IMG/VR virus record: IMGVR_UViG_3300042520_001372
Source of the DNA: a virus
Strand: one strand, 5' to 3'
DNA length: 64,000 nucleotides
Shown: piece by piece, positions 43,937 through 52,260 of the stretch
How the letters are laid out: each line of letters starts with the position of its first letter
How positions within the stretch are numbered: position 1 is the first letter of the stretch
Notes under the pieces: model-generated
Told to the model about the DNA's origin: nothing
The model's database searches: none
The model's input: the letters and a program-made list of their open reading frames with translations, nothing else
Program-made: the position numbers and the translations under genes

Positions 43937-43957
43937 TTCTTAAAAGTTTTTGGAATC

Positions 43958-45037
43958 TTATTCCGGCTCTTCTTGGAAATAACCGGGTGTTGAATCCTCA
44001 TAAGCTTCTTCTACTACATCGAAGTCTCCTCCTCCTAGAATGGCTGACCATTCTTTGGCATGAGCATCTTTGTACTTCTTAAGCTCTTTCTCATCATCGT
44101 TGATAAATCCGTGAGGTGTCATAATGATCCTGCCTCGGGTTGTAATTCCATTGATATGATTCTTATCAATCTGAAGATTAGTTCTCTTAGCAAATTCTAC
44201 CTGTTTACCATCCTTGATTGCTTTAATCTTGGAAGTACCTGCATTCATAATGTTACCAAACGTTACTACAAAAGTTGCATCATACCACATGGCAAATCCA
44301 CCTTTGTTCATAAGCTTGGGTTGACCCATTGGTGATTCAGGCTTTTGAGTCCATACCTTGTTTACTACTACTAATGTATTAGTATACGGTGAAGACTCTT
44401 TCCTTGACATTACAATCCGTTGATTTACTCCATTACCGAACTGAGTTGACATTGCACCTGCATTCCATTCGTTATTATTCTTGTTAGAACGTACTGAAAG
44501 TTCGCAAGGTACTGAACCGATTGAATCCCAAAGGAATAAAAGATCGTGAGGTAAGCTTCCTTTCTTCTGTTCGTCAATTAAATCTAGAATAAATCCAGCA
44601 ACATCCTCGATTGTATTTAGAGTCTCTCTATCAACGTAGATAAAGAATCCACCGTAATCAACAACCTCACCGGTTCGTTCATCAACCGTTTGATTTACTT
44701 GCAGACCCATTTGAATAGCATGTTCCCAATTCCATTTCATCTCTGTAATAATGAATACTGGAAGGATGCCTGCTTTCTGGGCTGATACTGCAGCTTCAAG
44801 CAATGCTGTAGTCTTTCCTGTATCAGAATGACCTCTCAGCATTACAATGTGACCCATCGGGATTCCCGGGATTGAAGTCACCTCTTGGAAAGATGGTGAT
44901 AGAGGAATCCACTGCTGATCCTTAAATTTTACGTTACCTGTTAAGAGCTTCTTCTCTTTGAACTTATCTAAAGAGAATCCTTTCTTAAGCTCGGCAGACA
45001 CGGCCTCTGTTAAAGAAGCTTTTTCTTTCTTAGCCAT
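43958..45037 (-). CDS. RecA/UvsX-like recombinase
   Basis: GIPMG..V.LRGHSDTGKTT, LWDSIG, KGG..MWY. Confidence 0.9.
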   Translation of the reverse strand: MAKKEKASLTEAVSAELKKGFSLDKFKEKKLLTGNVKFKDQQWIPLSPSFQEVTSIPGIPMGHIVMLRGHSDTGKTTALLEAAVSAQKAGILPVFIITEMKWNWEHAIQMGLQVNQTVDERTGEVVDYGGFFIYVDRETLNTIEDVAGFILDLIDEQKKGSLPHDLLFLWDSIGSVPCELSVRSNKNNNEWNAGAMSTQFGNGVNQRIVMSRKESSPYTNTLVVVNKVWTQKPESPMGQPKLMNKGGFAMWYDATFVVTFGNIMNAGTSKIKAIKDGKQVEFAKRTNLQIDKNHINGITTRGRIIMTPHGFINDDEKELKKYKDAHAKEWSAILGGGDFDVVEEAYEDSTPGYFQEEPE

Positions 45038-45043
45038 AGTCTA

Positions 45044-45907
45044 TTAGAAAGGTAAGTCGTTGGTGTCGTCGTTGAATAAAGAATCGAACTTGTCGGCTTT
45101 TGATTCTACTTTCTTTCCTTGAGATTCTAGAGTAAATGGATTCTCAGATTTTTTCCAAGGAAGTTCTTCCTTTGCAGGAGCAGCAGGCTTTGCATCATCA
45201 AAGTTAGTTACAGGCTCAGAAGAGATTACTCCTTCTTCTTCGTCAGGTGCTAACCATTTCTGCAATACAGACTTCATGTCATCGAAAGACATTCTTGAGA
45301 ATACTTTCAAAGGATCTGGTTGATCGTTCAAGATAGTTTGTAACAATGTGTCGTCATCGGTCAAAGTAGATTCTTTAGTACGTGCACGAACGGTTGTTTT
45401 GTTAAAACCAGTTCCTGTAGTTTCAGCACCCACTGTAGTCAAATTCAAGTCACGACCTGAAATGATATCAGTGTAATCCCCGATGTCTTCATCTTCTACC
45501 ATAGAAAGTAATTCCATGTAGATTTCTTTACCAAAGCCCCAAAGTTTAACTCCGTCTGCTTCTTCACCTCTAACGATAACGGGTACAAATACCCTCATTT
45601 TAGGATCAAGTTTACGTGCTAGTCTCCAAGACTCTTTGTCTTTACTGGTTCTTAACTGCTTGGCGAATTCAACGATAGGATCTTTATCACCCCAGTTTGT
45701 TGGAGAGATGATTGGATTCTTGTCGATTCCGTAGTGAAAATACAGTTCCGAAAAAGGATTTGATTTATTGTACGCGGAAGGTACAATACGGATTGTTTGC
45801 TTGCCCACGGCAGGTTTCCAGAAGACATTCTTACGTGCCTCTCCGGAAGGACGGCTTTGTTGAGTTTGCAAAGCATTCAGCTTTGCTTTAATTGAATTGA
45901 TATCCAT
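45044..45907 (-). CDS. Single-stranded DNA-binding protein (T4 gp32-like)
   Basis: FWKP..G...IRI.P, LWGFGK, D...GRDL, acidic tail ending DLPF. Confidence 0.88.
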   Translation of the reverse strand: MDINSIKAKLNALQTQQSRPSGEARKNVFWKPAVGKQTIRIVPSAYNKSNPFSELYFHYGIDKNPIISPTNWGDKDPIVEFAKQLRTSKDKESWRLARKLDPKMRVFVPVIVRGEEADGVKLWGFGKEIYMELLSMVEDEDIGDYTDIISGRDLNLTTVGAETTGTGFNKTTVRARTKESTLTDDDTLLQTILNDQPDPLKVFSRMSFDDMKSVLQKWLAPDEEEGVISSEPVTNFDDAKPAAPAKEELPWKKSENPFTLESQGKKVESKADKFDSLFNDDTNDLPF

Positions 45908-45917
45908 AAGTTTTATT

Positions 45918-45950
45918 TAAATGTATGAAAATTGCTTTAGACTAGCAACT
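45918..45950 (-). promoter_or_regulatory. Promoter TTG-N20-TACATTTA overlapping weak hairpin (TTGCT...AGCAA-TTTT)
   Basis: Between the fourth leader gene and SSB. Confidence 0.55.
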
Positions 45951-45980
45951 TAAAGTTTAATAATTTTACAGAGTTTGCTT

Positions 45981-46310
45981 TTACTCAGGTAGACCGTTGG
46001 GTTCTCCTAAGATTCCGTGAATAACTCTTCGGAATGTCTTTTGAAATTCTTTTTGCAGAGTTGCCATAACCTCTTCCTGTTGTTCCGGATTATCTTTTAA
46101 GATTTGCATTTTACCGTTAGAACCATCATGATACATTGCGCTCATTTTAAAGAACACCATGGGAGAATTCCCTTCCCCATCATCCACAATTTGCATTTTA
46201 ATAGTAGGTATATCATCAAACTCATTATCGTCCTGTAGTTTATTAAACTCAACAGACTCTTGATGTAACCTATTTTCAACAAGGTACTTTTTTAAGTCGA
46301 AATTATCCAT
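45981..46310 (-). CDS. MDNFDLKKYLVE-leader protein
   Basis: Shared leader; TATTTATT variant immediately upstream. Confidence 0.7.
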   Translation of the reverse strand: MDNFDLKKYLVENRLHQESVEFNKLQDDNEFDDIPTIKMQIVDDGEGNSPMVFFKMSAMYHDGSNGKMQILKDNPEQQEEVMATLQKEFQKTFRRVIHGILGEPNGLPE

Positions 46311-46321
46311 GTTAATAAATA

Positions 46322-46777
46322 TTAAAGTTCAACAATCTGGTGAATCTTTGTGCGTAGAAGCTTAAGATCACCTTGTTGGGTCAATAAAATCGTATTCTTG
46401 TAATGCAGCCAGTTGATTCTAAAGTTCGTATCAACAATGCCTTCGTTTAGGCTCTTAATCAATTCGTTTAAAGCATTAATCGTATAAAGGGTATTTGACT
46501 CTTTTTTTCTATGAACTAGGATAGTATTCTCTGGAATGTTATTAATGTTAGGTTGATCAACATTGTAGGTACAAACGTATTCGTCATTGCTCTTGATATG
46601 CAAAACAAAAATCTTATTATATAAAATAGTATATTCGCTAGATATATCCTTTATAAAGGAATCCACTTCATTTAGTGGTACGAATGTACAAAATAACTTA
46701 TTATTCACGTCTCCGGTATTGATAGTTTCTCTATCATAAATATCAAAGGGGCTGTAAAGTGTTGTAGTCTGGTCCAT
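46322..46777 (-). CDS. Conserved hypothetical protein
   Basis: LFCTF, TYNVD, HRKKESNTLYTINALN motif. Confidence 0.7.
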   Translation of the reverse strand: MDQTTTLYSPFDIYDRETINTGDVNNKLFCTFVPLNEVDSFIKDISSEYTILYNKIFVLHIKSNDEYVCTYNVDQPNINNIPENTILVHRKKESNTLYTINALNELIKSLNEGIVDTNFRINWLHYKNTILLTQQGDLKLLRTKIHQIVEL

Positions 46778-48026
46778 AACTTGTTTTTATTTGTAGGTTT
46801 TTGTCTTTAAATACTGTTAATATCTGCTTAATCTCTTCTTTATCCTGCTTATTAACATCTAATAAGAAAGCATCATAAGTATAAAGTACTAATTTTGTCT
46901 CCTTATTATTAATAATATAGATGATTTCTTTAAGGATTGCAACATTGCTGTAAGTTTCCCAATGCTGAATAACGTAATTAAACAGTTTCTGTGGGTTCAT
47001 ATTGGGTAAATCGCTTTGTTTAAATACTTTTCCTGTCTGCTCAACAGTGTATTTACCTGTCTTCATAAACGTACTCCAGATCTGTTCGATAAGCTTTTGA
47101 GTTAATTTAAAGAATTCAAAGTCTTTGTACTGATCGAAGATATGCCCGTATAGCTGCTTAAATACTAATCCTTTTGCTTCAGTTCGGTCCATTCCGTACT
47201 TAGCTGCAAAATCTTCATAAATATCTCCGGTCGGTGAATCATAACCAACCATCTGTCCAATCAACGTAGGATGATAAGCAGTCAAGTCAATCTCTAATAA
47301 AAAGTCGTTTCTTGGTATAAAAACCGATCTAGAACCGTTTTCCTTAGGTAAAGCAGCAAAGTTTAAGCTGTTAAACGTGTTGGAAGGTCGGCCGGTAGTA
47401 GTATTGAGGTTGTATTGAGTGAATGTATAAGAGTTATAGCGGGATAGAAAGGGTCTCTTCAAGTCAAAGTATCTTTCAAAGGCACTATTAACCTTTAAGC
47501 CGTTTCTTTCTATAAACCAGAATACATTAGATAAATCATCATGATACTCATTAGGGATATATTTTTTAATCACTGGAAGATATTCATCGAATATAATCTC
47601 ACACTGCTCAAAATGCTTTACTATCGGAATTATTAAATTAAGATCCTCCTCTGTATGGTATCTTTGAGAGAAATAACTATGAGCATGAGTCTGCTTTTTT
47701 ACTTCTTTATGCTCAAACAAATTCAGATCGTAAGTATTTGTACCAAAGTAAGTGTGGCTTAATGCTTTTTTATCCGGAGTATAGATTTTCTTAAAAGTTC
47801 TTAGGTATTCTTTAACCTGCAAAGGATCAAACTGTAATGCTTCCGGATGAGAGTAGTTAACTAAGAAGCCTTTCGGCTGGGTAACGTCTCTAAGGTATAA
47901 ACATAACGGAGCATAAATGCTTGGATGCATTTCCGGATGCCTTTGAATCGGAAGTACAAAGATTTCCGGTCCTAATTCAAACTGTACTTTATCAAACTGC
48001 TCTTGAGTCTCTGCTAGCCAAAACAT
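46743..48026 (-). CDS. Second, short family-A DNA polymerase-like protein
   Basis: TTTGRPSN, EIDLTAYHP (A), RTEAKGLVFKQLYG (B), NYVIQ, LYTYDA (C); exo motifs not recognisable. Confidence 0.8.
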   Translation of the reverse strand: MFWLAETQEQFDKVQFELGPEIFVLPIQRHPEMHPSIYAPLCLYLRDVTQPKGFLVNYSHPEALQFDPLQVKEYLRTFKKIYTPDKKALSHTYFGTNTYDLNLFEHKEVKKQTHAHSYFSQRYHTEEDLNLIIPIVKHFEQCEIIFDEYLPVIKKYIPNEYHDDLSNVFWFIERNGLKVNSAFERYFDLKRPFLSRYNSYTFTQYNLNTTTGRPSNTFNSLNFAALPKENGSRSVFIPRNDFLLEIDLTAYHPTLIGQMVGYDSPTGDIYEDFAAKYGMDRTEAKGLVFKQLYGHIFDQYKDFEFFKLTQKLIEQIWSTFMKTGKYTVEQTGKVFKQSDLPNMNPQKLFNYVIQHWETYSNVAILKEIIYIINNKETKLVLYTYDAFLLDVNKQDKEEIKQILTVFKDKNLQIKTSYGPDYNTLQPL

Positions 48027-48064
48027 AACCTTTAACTAAAGATACGGGATTTGAATGTAGAATC

Positions 48065-48760
48065 CTACTTCTTATAGAACTTAAGGTAATCCTCTTTTAA
48101 GAATTGATCAAAACCAAAAAGCTGTAAGTTTACAACTCTCTTCCGAACAATGCTTTGGTTTGTTTGATATACTTGAGATTCCTGCCCGGCTAGTAACCAA
48201 GGTAATGAGAAAGGAACATATTGCTCCCAAAAGAACTTAGGATCTCCAGATGCCAGGCTATCAAACTGCTGCTTATCTAACTCAAGGTAAAGATTCTCAT
48301 TTGCTTTCTTACAAAAGTATCTTTCATATTCTCCAATCTTATAATCATTCTCATCAGGAATAGGAGTTATTCCGTAAGGTAAAAACCGTACTTGATAGTC
48401 TTGAGCTGTGAATTTTTTAATAGCTGTATACTCATTAACTACCTGCTGTTGAAATAACTGATAATTAACTGTTGGTTGATTCTGGATATCGTATGAGCTT
48501 CCGCCTGGTCTTATATTCGGAACATCTAAGTTAAAAGCAACTCCAACCTGTTGGTATTGAGTACCAGCATTTGTTTCGTTATCTCCAAAAGGTAGAATCT
48601 CTCTTGCGTTTGGATCTTGCGGACCTACTCCTGCAAAATACTGCCCTGTTGCAATCTCATAATAAGGACCAGAGTAAGGTTCACCCGTAGCTCTATCAAT
48701 ATACTCCCCGGGATTGGCAGTTAATCCTGTTTTGACGTAATGTTTGGGTAAGTATGCCAT
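48065..48760 (-). CDS. Hypothetical, probable baseplate/tail protein
   Basis: Last gene of tail operon; P...DY..G...RYF.KK. Confidence 0.55.
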   Translation of the reverse strand: MAYLPKHYVKTGLTANPGEYIDRATGEPYSGPYYEIATGQYFAGVGPQDPNAREILPFGDNETNAGTQYQQVGVAFNLDVPNIRPGGSSYDIQNQPTVNYQLFQQQVVNEYTAIKKFTAQDYQVRFLPYGITPIPDENDYKIGEYERYFCKKANENLYLELDKQQFDSLASGDPKFFWEQYVPFSLPWLLAGQESQVYQTNQSIVRKRVVNLQLFGFDQFLKEDYLKFYKK

Positions 48761-48764
48761 AGTC

Positions 48765-51700
48765 TTAGTAGTCTACATTCATTATTATTCTGTCTTTACC
48801 GTACTTTGTTTGATCAGTGGTTGATGGGAATTTAAACGGAAAAGACTTTGCTCCTACTTTACTCACTATTGCATTCATCAAAGCAGTAAATTGTTCCCTG
48901 AATAGCTTCTTGTGGTATGGGGTTAATTTACTTAAATCTAATTTGTTCTTCCAAACAGCTGGGGTTATATTTTCGTTTATTAACCCTCTCATTCTAGCTA
49001 CTGCTTCTGCTTCGTTATCATTAAGAGTACCTTTAGTAGCTTTTAATAGAGGTCTCAAGTTATCAAAACCATCTTTTAATAGCAGCACATCATTTAGCAG
49101 TCTTGCATACTGTATGTAAGTACTTCTTGATGCTGTTCCTGGATCTGAAGCAGGTAAGCTAGATGGGTTTGCATACTCAGCTCCTGTTCTTTCTTCGATA
49201 TACTTTTTATCCTTTATTCCATAAACTTCAATAATATAAGTATTGTTCGGTGCACCGGCCGGGTATATTGCATCAAGCAGTTCTCTCATTGCATCTTTAG
49301 TTGATTTATTATCAGGGACTTTATCCCCTGTCTTATCTCCCTGAGCTACAATCCCAGGTAGAATACATCCGTTACTATCCTTGTATGATGATCCTGCGTG
49401 AATAAGGATACCTCCTCGGTAAGGAACATCACCAAGTCTGAATACAGATCCTAATCCCGGATTGTTGTTTGCTTTTGATTTTGTAAAAGGGTATCTCCCT
49501 GGTGGAATACAGCTTATGCTTGAATTATTACCTTTCCATAGCAGCTCTACAGTGGTGAAGTCTTTTAGTTTTTTACCAGCATTGTCAAATAACTCTAGTG
49601 TTCCTAATGTTTGTCCAATAGTCTGTGACCCAGGAGTCGTGACTTCTTTTAATCTTCTCAATTTTAGTCTTACCGGTCCGGGAGTATTCGAAGGATAAAC
49701 AACTACGCCGGTCGGTGCTGCAGCAGGCCCTGATGTTCCTGTTGGTCCTGCAGAAGCTTTTACTCCTCCAAAATCTTGTGAGCTACTTAGGACAACTACT
49801 GAGTTTGGCACTACTACTGTGTCAATACTGGTTGTCCATTGGTTGTCTTGAATTCTATGTGCAATTCCTCTTATTAAAAACTGTAAAGTTGAACCGTAAT
49901 TGTATGGAAGGAAGCTACTATCTACTGCAAACTGCTGGTAAATCTTTATTCCTGATATTCCGTCAATGGTCATATTCAGGTTGATTGGTAAGAACCCTAA
50001 TATTCCGGTAGCTGTATCAGTATTAACTGCAGTCGCTGATTGAGCAAAAGTAATCATGTTAGTTAAAATACTGCTAAACTCAGATACTTTTTCTTCGTCC
50101 CATGTATAATCAACCAATCCTTGAATATAGTTTAGATATTCTTGTTGTATACTTAAATATGCTTGTCCTAATTGAGCTTGTTTAGCTGCTTTTGCATCTC
50201 TGTCGGCTTGAGTTTCCCCTTTGTTGGTTTTAATTGGTAGTATTCTATCATCCAATCCTCTATTCCATTTAGAAAAAGCAGTAGCATCTTCACCTTTTAT
50301 GTACCCATTAGCTTGTGCTCCAATCGTAATAGTTGAAGCTAATTCATTTGTAATTTCAGTCTTAATTCCAAAGTCTCTAACAAAAGAGCCTTCTTTGTCT
50401 GGATTTAATCCGTAAAGTTTAATTATTCCGCTTGTAGACGGTTTGGGTTGCCGGGAAGGAATAACTACTTCCTCAACAATATAAAATCTTCCCTCTTCGG
50501 CATCGATTGTAGGCTCTAATTTATTTTGTGCTCCTAATGAACTTTGTATACCGTTACAAATTGATTTTAATAAATCAAAAATAGGTACTTTGTTATTATT
50601 GTCTTTTAATCCGTTTATTTCTTTTAGTACGTATGCCATATTAACATACACGTTCATTAATCTTCCTGCATCTTTATGTGTTGGGTCTTGAAAAATTCCT
50701 TCATCTGGGATTTGAGGGAATATTTCTCCTCCGGCTGCATTTAATAGTTCTACTGGGGTTCTAACAACACAGATTTGCGGGTTAGCAGAAACCGTATATG
50801 GTGTTTTGTATATGAGATTAGTCTCAGGGTCGTTATCTAAAGTAATGAGTGGGTTCTGTGCATTAAGATTTACATAGATCATATTTGTATCCCACATATA
50901 CTGTAGCAATGCACCGAATCTAATGTAAAAGTAAATTTCATTACTTTCTGCATTAAAAATTTTTATTGCATCGTATTTTTTATAAACACCTCCTTTAAAC
51001 CTGAAAGGATTAGCAGTAGCTAAAGATCTACATCTGAAAGTACCGTTTGTTGTTGTTTTAATTAAATCTTGCCTAATATCATAAAATAATCGACCTAAAA
51101 CGCTGATATTTTTTAAGATATCAATAACTTCATAATCTGTCTTAGCATCTGCAAGTTTTGCTTGTTGATCTGCCTTAGCTTGTGCTTCCTGTTTTTTCTG
51201 TTCTTGAGTTAGTATACCGCTGGGACTATCCTCTGGCATAACGTTCATTTTTAGAGATTCAATAACATCTCCGTAACTCATTATAACTACTGTAATATCA
51301 TAGGATCCGTCTGGAAGGAAGCTCCAAGTAAAATTACTTATCCTACCAAAGATTGCATCGTAGTTAGCAGATGTATTTATCTTCTTTTGTTCGATATCAA
51401 TGAGTAGCTTAGCTTGATCACCTGTGTATGTATTATCTAAAAATTTAGATGTTAATGTGTCTGAATCTTTAAATGCTGTGTAGTTACCTTCGTTGTCGTA
51501 GTATAAGCTATTTCCAAATTCTATAAATACTGAATATCCAAGTCTTAGGTAAAGTATATCTAGCAGTTCAAACTGCTCTCTACTGTAAGCTTTTATGTTA
51601 ATGGTAGATTCTCTTATAGAACCTCTGTTTCTATTTTTAGTTTCAAAAAAAACAATGCCCGGTGCTGGCCTTGGACCTTGTTCATAACCAAAAGCAGTAT

Positions 51701-51962
51701 ATGAATCCAACCCACCTAGCACAGTACCATCTTTTAAAGTACCTCCGAACAAGCTATATCTTTTAGCTATATCAGGATCTTTATATCTAAATTTGTCAGG
51801 ATACTTAATTACAATGGCCGATGTAAGCTTTATCCAAGCTGAATTTGCATTTTGCTGTAGTAACTGGGAGGTAGATCTTGAAGTGTCTCCAAGTTGTTTC
51901 TGCCTTTGTTTTATCTGATCGGCAACATGTGGTTTAAAACCTTCTCCTGTAATGTTCCCCAT
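48765..51962 (-). CDS. Large baseplate hub-like protein with C-terminal DUF5675-like domain
   Basis: Position after LysM gene; TIDGISGIKI..F, I.H.I...WTT; TVEL.W..N...SCIP.G.Y...ILIHAG...DS.GCIL.G. Confidence 0.7.
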   Translation of the reverse strand: MGNITGEGFKPHVADQIKQRQKQLGDTSRSTSQLLQQNANSAWIKLTSAIVIKYPDKFRYKDPDIAKRYSLFGGTLKDGTVLGGLDSYTAFGYEQGPRPAPGIVFFETKNRNRGSIRESTINIKAYSREQFELLDILYLRLGYSVFIEFGNSLYYDNEGNYTAFKDSDTLTSKFLDNTYTGDQAKLLIDIEQKKINTSANYDAIFGRISNFTWSFLPDGSYDITVVIMSYGDVIESLKMNVMPEDSPSGILTQEQKKQEAQAKADQQAKLADAKTDYEVIDILKNISVLGRLFYDIRQDLIKTTTNGTFRCRSLATANPFRFKGGVYKKYDAIKIFNAESNEIYFYIRFGALLQYMWDTNMIYVNLNAQNPLITLDNDPETNLIYKTPYTVSANPQICVVRTPVELLNAAGGEIFPQIPDEGIFQDPTHKDAGRLMNVYVNMAYVLKEINGLKDNNNKVPIFDLLKSICNGIQSSLGAQNKLEPTIDAEEGRFYIVEEVVIPSRQPKPSTSGIIKLYGLNPDKEGSFVRDFGIKTEITNELASTITIGAQANGYIKGEDATAFSKWNRGLDDRILPIKTNKGETQADRDAKAAKQAQLGQAYLSIQQEYLNYIQGLVDYTWDEEKVSEFSSILTNMITFAQSATAVNTDTATGILGFLPINLNMTIDGISGIKIYQQFAVDSSFLPYNYGSTLQFLIRGIAHRIQDNQWTTSIDTVVVPNSVVVLSSSQDFGGVKASAGPTGTSGPAAAPTGVVVYPSNTPGPVRLKLRRLKEVTTPGSQTIGQTLGTLELFDNAGKKLKDFTTVELLWKGNNSSISCIPPGRYPFTKSKANNNPGLGSVFRLGDVPYRGGILIHAGSSYKDSNGCILPGIVAQGDKTGDKVPDNKSTKDAMRELLDAIYPAGAPNNTYIIEVYGIKDKKYIEERTGAEYANPSSLPASDPGTASRSTYIQYARLLNDVLLLKDGFDNLRPLLKATKGTLNDNEAEAVARMRGLINENITPAVWKNKLDLSKLTPYHKKLFREQFTALMNAIVSKVGAKSFPFKFPSTTDQTKYGKDRIIMNVDY

Positions 51963-51963
51963 A

Positions 51964-52260
51964 TCACGAGTTTATTATATTAAATTGATTAACGACCTCA
52001 ATTGGATTGTAAGGTATTCTAATTTGACCTCCAAGAGGTGGTACTAACGAGTTTTGCTTTAGTTCTTGATTTGCAGTTGAAATAACCCACCATAATGAAC
52101 TGTCACCGTAATACTGCTGTGCTAATAAATCAAAACGATCTCCAATAGTTGTAATAACGTAAATATCATTTTCGTTCAAAGGTATTTCCGGATAACGAGA
52201 AGTCCTATAGGCTCGCTTTCCATTATATTTTGTTTGTGGTATGTTTTGATATCTATCCAT
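51964..52260 (-). CDS. LysM-like baseplate wedge / tail X protein
   Basis: GDRFDLLAQQYYGDSSLWWVI..AN. Confidence 0.85.
   Translation of the reverse strand: MDRYQNIPQTKYNGKRAYRTSRYPEIPLNENDIYVITTIGDRFDLLAQQYYGDSSLWWVISTANQELKQNSLVPPLGGQIRIPYNPIEVVNQFNIINS

Noticed and set aside
42840-43940. DGR template/variable repeat pair
   Set aside because: No reverse transcriptase in the window; repeats cover regulatory DNA and N-termini, and differences are not adenine-specific.
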